Shown here piece by piece: positions 11,227-20,845 of a stretch of 64,000 bases of DNA. Numbering within the stretch: the stretch's first letter is position 1; the number at the start of each line of letters is the position of its first letter. The notes beneath the pieces were generated by a model. The model saw only the letters and a list, made by a program, of their open reading frames with translations. It made no database searches and had not been told where the DNA came from. Origin of the DNA: Thraustochytrium aureum (lineage: Eukaryota); assembly GCA_012862495.1 (NCBI GenBank), contig BLSG01000269.1:10381-74380 (forward strand), in the 5' to 3' direction. The translations under genes were made by a program, and so were the position numbers.

Positions 11227-11773
11227 CGATCTGCACGAGAGCCATGCCCACTGCCGAGTTGGCGCCGTTGACCACCACGGCGTCGCCGGCCTTGAGCTGC
11301 GCGATGTCCGCAAGGACGCGCAGCGCAGTCGCGGCGCTGCTGCCGAGGAGCGAGGCTTGCTCGACGTCGAGCTCCTTGGGCACGGCGGTCAGCGCGGCCT
11401 CTTCTGCAACGGCGTAGGCGGCCCAGGTGCCCATGCCGAGCTTGGTGGGCACGACGTGGTCGCCCTTCTTGAGCCCGGCCACGGAGGCGCCAACTTCCTG
11501 GACGACGCCGACGCCCTCGTTACCGCAAACCCCGCTCTTCGCAACACCTGGGATCCGCCCGGCGACCGCGTGCAGGTCGACGGCGCCAACCGGCGCGGCC
11601 ATCATCTTGACCAGCACCTGCGTGCCGCCGAGCTTCTCTCCCACCTTGACCTCCTTGGCGGCCATCACCGCATCCGGCGACCCGAGCCTCTCGTACATGA
11701 CCGCTTGCGTGGCGATCGCGCGTCTCCCGACCGCGCGAGCGCCCGAGCGCCCGAGCGCCGTGGCCAGCATCAT
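11227..11773 (-). CDS. MECR: mitochondrial trans-2-enoyl-CoA/ACP reductase-like protein (MDR family); 3' part in gap
   Basis: Arg/Ala-rich transit peptide; VLVKMMAAP, GNEGVG, GMGTW, LKAGDAVVVNGANSAVG match MECR/Etr1. May be a divergent paralog. Confidence 0.8.
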
Positions 11774-11825
11774 CCTCCGTCTGCGTCACCCCCAAGCAAG
11801 CACCACCAACCCGACTCCTCGCACA

Positions 11826-11957
11826 CCACTGCACGCACGGCACTGCACGGCACTGCACGGCACTGCACGCACGCCAGCCGGCCACACACCTACGTCCCCG
11901 CAGCCCTCACGCCCGCGCAATGCCCTCCTGCGCTCCGTGTCTGCCTGCCTGCCTCTG

Positions 11958-11988
<31 letters not shown>

Positions 11989-11990
11989 CC
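11826..11990. repeat. simple repeats (GCACTGCACG)n and (CTGC)n
   Basis: Read directly, upstream of the MECR-like ATG. Confidence 0.9.
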
Positions 11991-12053
11991 AGGTACTCGT
12001 CCTCCTTCTTCGCTCGCCTGCACGTGAGGCCCCTCCTCCTCGGGCCAGAGTTA

Positions 12054-12232
12054 AATCGGAGTTTAATCGGAATTAATCGGCGGGAACTCGCCCGCAGGAG
12101 TTGGTGGGGCGGAGCCAGAGCCCCTCTCAATGGCCATGTGCTGGACAGCGCGAGTCAGGCGCGGGAGGAGCTAAATCGAGCTGGAATGGGAGATCAATCG
12201 AGCTAAATCGGAGATCAATCGGACTAAATCGG
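12054..12232. promoter_or_regulatory. phased AATCG motif array in divergent intergenic region
   Basis: AATCG at 12054, 12065, 12075, 12174, 12196, 12206, 12217 and 12227; AATGG variant at 12185. Confidence 0.5.
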
Positions 12233-12788
12233 CGCGCCGGGAGGGAGGCGGCCGCCCCCACCACACAACGACCGACGCAGCAGGCCCAGCCGACCTAACC
12301 CAAACCTATCCCACCCCTCTATTTACGAACCCCCGCCTCACCCGCAATCGCGCCCTGATACAGCGGGTCAGCAAGATTGAGGGGCACGGCCGACCTAACC
12401 CAACCCCAGCTTCCCCATGCAATAGATAGAGGGCTCACTTGGACAGAGGGCAAACCTAACCCAACCCGCTCTTCCGCTACTAGTGAAAAATGGGTGGAAG
12501 ATAGAAGCGGCAGGGAATAATAGAGGGCGAGCGGGGGCTCTACCAAACCCAAAGTCCTTTCGTGGGAGAGGACGCGGAGCACAGAGCAGAGCAGAGCAGG
12601 CGGCAGAGCGGACTCGGACTCGGAGCGGAGCTGCGCAGGGGCGCTCCTGGCACGGCGCTCGTGGCGCGGCGCGCGGCTTGTTGGCGCTCGATTGGCCTCT
12701 TTTTGTTTTTGTTGCGGGTGGCGGGTTTGGGCTGAGTTTGGGCTGAGTTTGGGCTGCGTTTGGACGCGCTCGACGCGCGAGGCGAGCC

Positions 12789-13196
12789 ATGTTGGCGGCT
12801 GCGGCGAGGCGCGCGGCGCGAGAGGGGCCAAGGAGGGCGGTGGCGTGCAAGGGGATGGCCACCAAGGCGGACGGGGAACTCGGGAGCCCGTATTCGGTGT
12901 CCCTGGACGAGTATTTTCAGTCGTTGAAACCGAGCGACAAGGAGGCGGCTGCAGTGGCTGCGTTTAAGAGCGCGCTAGAAGAGGACGCGGCGCGACCTGG
13001 GGCGGCCAAAGTGGACGCGGAGGCGATCGTGAGGGATTACGAGCTTTTGGTGACGTCTATTTCGGAAAAAATGCGGCTCACCGTGAACTGGAACAGCTTT
13101 GCCAAGCTCACCGAGCGCGAGCGGGTCAGAGCGACGGCTGCGCGCGTCGGGCTGAGCGTACCAGACTACGACGCCGTGCGAAAGCCCTCCAGCTAG
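12789..13196 (+). CDS. hypothetical protein with mitochondrial-type transit peptide (135 aa)
   Basis: Clean ATG ORF; N-terminus MLAAAARRAAREGPRRAVACKGMAT; helical body. Confidence 0.7.
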   Translation: MLAAAARRAAREGPRRAVACKGMATKADGELGSPYSVSLDEYFQSLKPSDKEAAAVAAFKSALEEDAARPGAAKVDAEAIVRDYELLVTSISEKMRLTVNWNSFAKLTERERVRATAARVGLSVPDYDAVRKPSS

Positions 13197-13366
13197 CCTG
13201 GCCCGCTCTCCCTTTCTCTCTCTCTCTCCCACCCCCGCCCACGGCGACTCTAGTCTAGCCCACTGGAGGAGCGATGCGGGCGGGCGGGCAGCTTCCTGAT
13301 CTGCGCTACCAGCTTACAAACTAAGTACCTGGACTGATTCGATGTTTTGCTTTCTACTCTAGCTCT

Positions 13367-15385
13367 CTAGAGAGCTTGCCCAGCTCCGCTAGTACATGGG
13401 CCGCACTGCGCCAGCTCCGCTAGTACATGGGCCGCACTGCGCCAGCCTCGCCTCTCCGAATGCCGCCCGCCCTCCTCCTCGTCCTCGTCCTCAAAGATCG
13501 TCTGCCGGCTCAGCGGGCGGTCCTCCGCGTCGAGCAGTGCGGACCGCGACTCGGGCCGCTTGCCGACTGGGATCTTGGGAAAGTTGACCGCCCCGCTCGA
13601 GCGCTCAGCACCCTGGTTGGCGCCGCCGCGCAGGGCCTCGACACCAGGCGCACCAGCAGAGCCGTGCTTTTGCTCTGAGAGCCGGCGCTCCTCCTCGGCG
13701 ATCTGGTCGTCGACGTCCTTCATCTTGAGCAGCTTGCGCTTCATAAGAGACGCGTGCTTTTGGAAGTGCTTGTCGCGCTGCTTGCGTTCCTGACTCGCTT
13801 GCTCGTCGCGCCGCTGCTCGGCCTCCAGGCGCTCCAACTCGCGCTGCGCCTTCTCGGCGAGGTATTGCTGCAACTTTTTGTGCTTGGCCAGCTCCTTCTG
13901 GCGCTCCTTGAGCGCCGACGAGAGACTCTTGGCCTTGGTCTCGGGCGCGTCCTCTGACGCACTCCACTCGGCGCGCCCCGGCTCGCCCTTGCCCCGGACG
14001 CGGTACTGAGCGCGCCCGAGCACGCCCGCGGAGGAGGCCTCTCCGACCCCGGCAGCCCCCGNGACAGCGATGCCCAGAACGCGACGAGCGCCCGACCCAG
14101 AGCCGGACCCAGCGCCTGCGCCGCTGGGCCCTCCCAAGGGCCCGGCAGCAGCACACAACCGCTCAAACTGGGCCTGAAACTNNNNNNNNNNNNNNNNNNN
14201 NNNNNNNNNNNNNNNNNNNNNNNNNNNNNNNNNNNNNNNNNNNNNNNNNNNNNNNNNNNNNNNNNNNNNNNNNNNNNNNNNNNNNNNNNNNNNNNNNNNN
14301 NNNNNNNNNNNNNNNNNNNNNNNNNNNNNNNNNNNNNNNNNNNNNNNNNNNNNNNNNNNNNNNNNNNNNNNNNNNNNNNNNNNNNNNNNNNNNNNNNNNN
14401 NNNNNNNNNNNNNNNNNNNNNNNNNNNNNNNNNNNNNNNNNNNNNNNNNNNNNNNNNNNNNNNNNNNNNNNNNNNNNNNNNNNNNNNNNNNNNNNNNNNN
14501 NNNNNNNNNNNNNNNNNNNNNNNNNNNNNNNNNNNNNNNNNNNNNNNNNNNNNNNNNNNNNNNNNNNNNNNNNNNNNNNNNNNNNNNNNNNNNNNNNNNN
14601 NNNNNNNNNNNNNNNNNNNNNNNNNNNNNNNNNNNNNNNNNNNNNNNNNNNNNNNNNNNNNNNNNNNNNNNNNNNNNAAAGATCGAGTGGCTGCGACTAC
14701 TCACATCGTTCATCGCGGTTTGTCGGCATGCCCGCTGCTCGTCTCCCTGCTCCAAAAGGGCAAGGCAGTCGCTAAGCGAGTGGATCACATATTCGCTCAG
14801 GCCAACGACAAACACCTCCTTCGTCCGCGTGTTCTCGTGCACTTGGAGGGGGCGTGACCGGTCTGGGTCGCGGAGGAGGTCGTACGGCTGGTCGTTGTAG
14901 ATTTGCATAAAGCTGCAGTACAACGAGACCTCCTCCTCCTCCGCGTCGTCTTCCTCCTTTGTGCCGCCTTTCGACTCTTTCGCCCCGGGCCGGCGCTGGG
15001 CCTTGTCCAGGATCTCGCGAATCGCGCGCGGGATCACGCCCATTGCCTCTGAGGGCGCCCCCGTTCCGTAGATTGAGATATCGTCCTCCGGGCCAAACAT
15101 CGTGTACGACTTGCCTGACCCGGTCTGACCGTACGCAAAAATGGTGCTGTTCAGCCCGCTCACCACAGACTCTGCTGCAAACCTGACTTGCTCGTAGACT
15201 TGGTCTTGCGTTGCTCCGCTCGCAAAGACGTGGTCAAACGTCGCGCTCACATTGTGCGTCTCCGTCTCGATTCGGACGGTGGTCTCGTCGTCGCTCACTT
15301 GTGTCACGCTTTCCGTGGCCACTTCACGTTCGAGCAATGGCCGTATCCGCACAAACACCTTGATATTCTCTTTGCATGCCTCCAT
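13367..15385 (-). CDS. kinesin motor protein with C-terminal coiled coil, spans gap
   Basis: ENIKVFVRIRP, FDHVF, TIFAYGQTGSGKSYTM (P-loop), GVIPRA, MNDVSSRSHSIF (switch I); K/E/Q-rich tail. Confidence 0.95.
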   Translation of the reverse strand: MEACKENIKVFVRIRPLLEREVATESVTQVSDDETTVRIETETHNVSATFDHVFASGATQDQVYEQVRFAAESVVSGLNSTIFAYGQTGSGKSYTMFGPEDDISIYGTGAPSEAMGVIPRAIREILDKAQRRPGAKESKGGTKEEDDAEEEEVSLYCSFMQIYNDQPYDLLRDPDRSRPLQVHENTRTKEVFVVGLSEYVIHSLSDCLALLEQGDEQRACRQTAMNDVSSRSHSIFXXXXXXXXXXXXXXXXXXXXXXXXXXXXXXXXXXXXXXXXXXXXXXXXXXXXXXXXXXXXXXXXXXXXXXXXXXXXXXXXXXXXXXXXXXXXXXXXXXXXXXXXXXXXXXXXXXXXXXXXXXXXXXXXXXXXXXXXXXXXXXXXXXXXXXXXXXXXXXXXXXXXXXFQAQFERLCAAAGPLGGPSGAGAGSGSGSGARRVLGIAVXGAAGVGEASSAGVLGRAQYRVRGKGEPGRAEWSASEDAPETKAKSLSSALKERQKELAKHKKLQQYLAEKAQRELERLEAEQRRDEQASQERKQRDKHFQKHASLMKRKLLKMKDVDDQIAEEERRLSEQKHGSAGAPGVEALRGGANQGAERSSGAVNFPKIPVGKRPESRSALLDAEDRPLSRQTIFEDEDEEEGGRHSERRGWRSAAHVLAELAQCGPCTSGAGQAL
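13380..13446. repeat. 31-bp direct duplication at kinesin 3' end
   Basis: CCAGCTCCGCTAGTACATGGGCCGCACTGCG x2. Confidence 0.9.
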
Positions 15386-15833
15386 CCTGCAGCTGCCAGC
15401 TCGCCAGGCTAAGCGCGGCCGACAGCTCGCCCGACTTGGAAGGGCCTCGGCGTCGAAAAGGTCCGCCCCAAACCTGCCCTTTTGCACTGTTTCCTGGCCT
15501 GCCGGTGCTGGTGCTGCTGGTGCTGGTGCTGGTGCTGGTCCTGTTGGTGGTGCTGCTGCTGCTCTACAGCGGCTGCGCGCCTGCCGCTTGAAGGAAGGAC
15601 GGCGCTGGATGGCTCGAGGGTTTGTGGAATGTGCATATACCCGTTAGAGCCGTTGTGGAGCACGACGAGAATGCCCGATGTGCGAAATCAACTCGAGCGA
15701 GAACAGAGCGGCTGGGCTGCCAGGCCGTGTCCTTGAGCGAGAGAAGCGCAGATCGCGCGAACGAGGGTCACAACTGTGTGCCGCCGCTGCTGCTGCCGCT
15801 GCCGCCCCAGCCCCTGCACCCGCGCCAGGAAAT

Positions 15834-16472
15834 ATGCGAGCACGACGCCGAGACCAGCACGGAGCAAGCCGGCCGCCCCGGCTGTGGAGCGGAGCGACGC
15901 TTTCAGCTGCTGCGATCTGCCTAGTGCACGCTGCTGACGCTGCGGCGACGGCTGCCGGGGCGAATGAGGCGCTGGTCTGGAGCAGGATTGGCCCAAGTGA
16001 TGCGATGTGCATCCCGGTGGAGGTCGGCAGCCTTAGGTTTTGCGACATGGTCGACTATCCCGTGGTAGCAGCTGCGACAAGTCTAACGGTTGAGCATATA
16101 GATGCCGCGGCAGCCGCCCTCTATGAACCCATGCTGGATGCAATCTCCGAGTTTGACTGCTCGGTGGCGTACGGGTACTTTGATTGCCAAAGCTGCCTCA
16201 GCGCGCACAAACGCTGGTTGTGCGGGATTCACTTTATACGGTGCGAGCTTGAAGATACAGCGCCTTGCACGCCGAGCGGGTGCGACCTTTTGCGTGACGA
16301 TGCTGCGACGAGCCACCGACGGCCCTGCCTGTCACTGTGCCAGGACGTTCAGCGCAAGTGCCCCCGCACAATACCCTTCAAATGCCCCACGGCAGCGCAA
16401 CCCAACGACTACTCAACCGATCCCCGTTGCTCGCGTGTTGGGGCGGAGGATATCGCCCCGTCCCTCGTCTGA
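15834..16472 (+). CDS. secreted Cys-rich protein, Mid1/FAM155(NALF)-like frizzled-type CRD
   Basis: Hydrophobic N-terminus; LRFCDMVDYPV, D..A.ALY....AISEFDC..AY...CQSCLSAHKRWLC..HFIRC, PCLSLCQDVQRKCP...FKCP....DY reproduce the Mid1 Cys pattern. Confidence 0.75.
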   Translation: MRARRRDQHGASRPPRLWSGATLSAAAICLVHAADAAATAAGANEALVWSRIGPSDAMCIPVEVGSLRFCDMVDYPVVAAATSLTVEHIDAAAAALYEPMLDAISEFDCSVAYGYFDCQSCLSAHKRWLCGIHFIRCELEDTAPCTPSGCDLLRDDAATSHRRPCLSLCQDVQRKCPRTIPFKCPTAAQPNDYSTDPRCSRVGAEDIAPSLV

Positions 16473-17925
16473 GTCAATGCTGGACGGCAACTCGCGATCA
16501 TCGCCACCCAGCACGGTGTGTTGGATNNNNNNNNNNNNNNNNNNNNNNNNNNNNNNNNNNNNNNNNNNNNNNNNNNNNNNNNNNNNNNNNNNNNNNNNNN
16601 NNNNNNNNNNNNNNNNNNNNNNNNNNNNNNNNNNNNNNNNNNNNNNNNNNNNNNNNNNNNNNNNNNNNNNNNNNNNNNNNNNNNNNNNNNNNNNNNNNNN
16701 NNNNNNNNNNNNNNNNNNNNNNNNNNNNNNNNNNNNNNNNNNNNNNNNNNNNNNNNNNNNNNNNNNNNNNNNNNNNNNNNNNNNNNNNNNNNNNNNNNNN
16801 NNNNNNNNNNNNNNNNNNNNNNNNNNNNNNNNNNNNNNNNNNNNNNNNNNNNNNNNNNNNNNNNNNNNNNNNNNNNNNNNNNNNNNNNNNNNNNNNNNNN
16901 NNNNNNNNNNNNNNNNNNNNNNNNNNNNNNNNNNNNNNNNNNNNNNNNNNNNNNNNNNNNNNNNNNNNNNNNNNNNNNNNNNNNNNNNNNNNNNNNNNNN
17001 NNNNNNNNNNNNNNNNNNNNNNNNNNNNNNNNNNNNNNNNNNNNNNNNNNNNNNNNNNNNNNNNNNNNNNNNNNNNNNNNNNNNNNNNNNNNNNNNNNNN
17101 NNNNNNNNNNNNNNNNNNNNNNNNNNNNNNNNNNNNNNNNNNNNNNNNNNNNNNNNNNNNNNNNNNNNNNNNNNNNNNNNNNNNNNNNNNNNNNNNNNNN
17201 NNNNNNNNNNNNNNNNNNNNNNNNNNNNNNNNNNNNNNNNNNNNNNNNNNNNNNNNNNNNNNNNNNNNNNNNNNNNNNNNNNNNNNNNNNNNNNNNNNNN
17301 NNNNNNNNNNNNNNNNNNNNNNNNNNNNNNNNNNNNNNNNNNNNNNNNNNNNNNNNNNNNNNNNNNNNNNNNNNNNNNNNNNNNNNNNNNNNNNNNNNNN
17401 NNNNNNNNNNNNNNNNNNNNNNNNNNNNNNNNNNNNNNNNNNNNNNNNNNNNNNNNNNNNNNNNNNNNNNNNNNNNNNNNNNNNNNNNNNNNNNNNNNNN
17501 NNNNNNNNNNNNNNNNNNCGCGCTTGGCCTGGACTGGCTGCGCGCTTTGGGGCGTTCAGGCGCCGCCTCGGCCGTCCTGCTCGATGCCCGCCCTGGCCGT
17601 CACGGAACGTGTTGCGGTTTACAAATCATGTTTTTAAAAGTAAATCGGTGCCGGCACGCGGCGTGCTAGCACTTGGCAGTGCTGTCGATTCCGGGCTGGG
17701 ATTGCAGGACGTTGGCGCATTGCGCGGATGGACGAAGACGGCCCTGCTGCGCCGTGTTGTGCACAAGGTGTGCTCCTGGCTCGGTCGGGTCGTCCCAGGA
17801 CGGCCGGCCAAGCAACAACAACAACATCATCATCATCATCATCAACAATGGCAATACGATTTTGTTTTCAGCAAATGCAAACCGCGGCAGCGGCAGCTTG
17901 AGATCGAATGGCACCAGCGCGACGG

Positions 17926-19425
17926 CTACGGCGCGGGGAGCTTGGCCTCGATATCGTCTGTGGTCTCAGAGTACACTGTGCTAGAGTACGAGTACGAGGC
18001 CGAGTACGATCCATACTCGCCATAGTCTTCGGAGCCGTAGTAGCTCTCGACGGGGCTAAAAGTAGGATAGCTGGTTGGCCGAGGCGTGGGCGCCGCAGAA
18101 GGAGACAAGGTTGGCCGTGATGTAGTCGGAAAGTGTGTCGGCGCCAACGTGGGTCGCCTTGTCACGGGCATTGGGACCGTCGTAGTGCAGCGCTTGCGCT
18201 GGTACGTGCACGCTGGTCCGCCCTCCCCGCAAGCGCGGCGGTTGCGCCGCAGCGTGCACTGCGCCTGGAGAAGTTTCCACTCCTCCATCGTAAGTGGAGG
18301 CGCAGCGCCGTGCTCTGTCGGCCCAAGCGTCGGGGAGGCCGTGGGCGGCTGCTGAAGCGTTGTTACGCAGCCCGCTTTACGGTCGAAGCCACAGTTGGCT
18401 TTGCTGCGGCACTTGCTCTGCTTTCGCTCGGCCCGGCACTCGTCGCTGGCTTTGAACCACTCTTCGATTGTGACCGGGGCCACGGTTGGTTTGAGCGTCG
18501 ATGGGCGTGGGGTGGGCTTTGGGGTCTGCGCGACCGACGGACGGGGCGTCTCTTCTGCCTTGCCGACGAACTTTTCGATCCACTTGGCGAACGCAGAGAC
18601 GCGCGTGTAGACCCCATACCGATTCCGGCGGGCGCACCCTTCGCCCCAAGAAACGATCCCAACCTGCCGAAACTGGCCGCCGTCGACCTTGTGAAGCAGT
18701 GGACCGCCACTGTCGCCTTGGCACGAGTCCCGCCGTCCCTCGCGAAACCCGGCGCAAATGTTGGTCTGCTTGAAAACGTCTCGGGGACGATAAGCCTTTT
18801 CCTCGGTGCATTGCGCATACGAGACGACCGGGACGGTGACGCGGCGGAGGTCGATAGAACCTGGCTTGTTCTCCCCTGTGGTGCCCCAACCAATCACCTC
18901 GGTGGGTGTGCCCGTCTTGGCTCCGTCTTCGTCGGTGGCGATCTGGAGAAGCGGCATGCCACGAACAGGCTTGCTAAGACGGACTAGGGCCACGTCATTC
19001 TTTAGCGTTTCGGGGTCATAGCGCTCATGGATGTGGATCGAGGCGACCTTGCGCGCGACGCGTGTTGATTCTGGTTTGCCGTCAAGCCGGTACTGGCCCA
19101 TAACGACTCGCCCTGGCGGATCGTAGCCGTGAAGGCAGTGCGCTGCAGTCAGGACCCAGCTTTCCCCGATCAGCGACCCGCCGCAAAAGTGCGTCGCGCC
19201 GTCCTGGAGCGACACCATCCAGTTGTAGACTTTGTCAGTGACTATCTCGCCGCCCACGATCTCTGTCCCGAAATCAAACTTGTGCGAATCCGGCCTCCCA
19301 GAGCCTGGGGGGGCCGCGCCGTCGCCTGGTCCTGGTCTTGTCCCCGTTATCCGAGCGCCACTCCCATTTGGAAGGACCGAGACGAGGGAAAGCAGGGTCG
19401 CTGCGGTGGTCCATAGCCACCGCAT
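17926..19425 (-). CDS. secreted trypsin-like S1A protease 1 with PT linkers and two 4-Cys modules
   Basis: Signal peptide, IVGG, LTAAHC, NDVAL, DSCQGDSGGP. Confidence 0.95.
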   Translation of the reverse strand: MRWLWTTAATLLSLVSVLPNGSGARITGTRPGPGDGAAPPGSGRPDSHKFDFGTEIVGGEIVTDKVYNWMVSLQDGATHFCGGSLIGESWVLTAAHCLHGYDPPGRVVMGQYRLDGKPESTRVARKVASIHIHERYDPETLKNDVALVRLSKPVRGMPLLQIATDEDGAKTGTPTEVIGWGTTGENKPGSIDLRRVTVPVVSYAQCTEEKAYRPRDVFKQTNICAGFREGRRDSCQGDSGGPLLHKVDGGQFRQVGIVSWGEGCARRNRYGVYTRVSAFAKWIEKFVGKAEETPRPSVAQTPKPTPRPSTLKPTVAPVTIEEWFKASDECRAERKQSKCRSKANCGFDRKAGCVTTLQQPPTASPTLGPTEHGAAPPLTMEEWKLLQAQCTLRRNRRACGEGGPACTYQRKRCTTTVPMPVTRRPTLAPTHFPTTSRPTLSPSAAPTPRPTSYPTFSPVESYYGSEDYGEYGSYSASYSYSSTVYSETTDDIEAKLPAP

Positions 19426-20485
19426 ATTCTGTCCCTGTCGGCGTCGATGCGGCTAGTTGTTTTCCAGCGAAACCCTTGCGCGCGAGCCCTCGAGGGCGGC
19501 CTTGTGCCCGCAGAGCTGCGCTGTGTCAAGCCAATCGCAGGCGCGAGATTCGGGACTGTCGCCGCACGTTGACCTTCATAGATTATGTATTACCCAAACA
19601 AAATCTGTGGCGCGACGGCTGTCTGCATCTGCATCGCCTGAGCTCCGCTCTGCGCTTTAGCGCATTTAGGCGAGCTCTCGGCCGGAGAAGCGGCCAAAGA
19701 TCACAGAGAAACTGTGCCCTGCATTGTCCACCCACACAAGCAAGCAGGCAGCGAACGCCTTCTCTCTCAAGCGTTTTGATCGACACCGNNNNNNNNNNNN
19801 NNNNNNNNNNNNNNNNNNNNNNNNNNNNNNNNNNNNNNNNNNNNNNNNNNNNNNNNNNNNNNNNNNNNNNNNNNNNNNNNNNNNNNNNNNNNNNNNNNNN
19901 NNNNNNNNNNNNNNNNNNNNNNNNNNNNNNNNNNNNNNNNNNNNNNNNNNNNNNNNNNNNNNNNNNNNNNNNNNNNNNNNNNNNNNNNCGATTTGACTTA
20001 TCCAGCGACAGCGCGGAGGGCGCTGTTGTTTCTGTGGGAGGACGCGGCTGCGCAGATCCTGCTTTGATTGACAAGGGCCTTTTTTTGACAAGAGCTATGC
20101 AAACAACTGCGAATCGTGGCAAAAGCCGCGAGAAATCAAGACTGCAGCAGCAGGGACTCGGCAAAGTCGTTCGCGCGTGACGTCCGGGCTGGCCTGCAAT
20201 CACGTTCGATTCATCCACGGTGCCACGCTCGCCTAATGTGCGAGCGGTAGAATCGCGCCGTCTTAAACTCACGCAAAACCCCATTTGTCTATCCTGCGCT
20301 TCGCCTAGGCAGTTGCTCGCTCCACGAGAGCCAGCTGGCCGCCGAGCGCGGTTCTCGCACTTCAGCCACCTTGGCCTGTCCGTTAACCGGACAACTCCCT
20401 TTCGCTGAGCTTTTTTTTGTTGTTTTGGGGGGGGAGGGCCAGATTGCTCCGCGACGAGTGATGGACACCGACCAACTCGGCCTTC

Positions 20486-20645
20486 GCAGCACAGCGCAGC
20501 ACAGCATAGCAAAGCGCAGCACAGCACAGCATAGCGTAGCCCAGCAAAGCGCAGCGCAGCATAGCATAGCGCAGCAAAGCGCAGCAAAGCGCAGCATAGC
20601 ACAAAGCAGCAGCTGTTGCATCGCGCCGCAGCGCACCGCACAGCT
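20486..20645. repeat. degenerate pentamer microsatellite (GCAnA/GCGCA)n
   Basis: GCAGCACAGCGCAGCACAGCATAGCAAAGC... Confidence 0.85.
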
Positions 20646-20845
20646 CCTGATGGCCAGAACGGCTTGGCTCGACGTGGCGGTTGGCTTGTAGCAAGGGACT
20701 TGGTGGACCCCCACTCAACAAGTTTTAAAAGGAATCGGTTTCACATGAAAAACTAACATCTTTCACAACGCTAAGGCGATGACGCGCGCACAGCGCAGCG
20801 TCCTTGCAAACGCGCAGCAGATACCGTAGCAACACCTTTGACAGG

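Noticed and set aside
12725..12757. TTTGGGCTGAG x3 and nearby CCTAACCC as telomeric repeats
   Set aside because: They are not a tandem telomere hexamer or heptamer array.
15409..15663. His/Gln-rich ORF as a kinesin 5' exon or separate peptide
   Set aside because: It is explained by a (CAG/CAC)n microsatellite between divergent genes, with no convincing splice junction.
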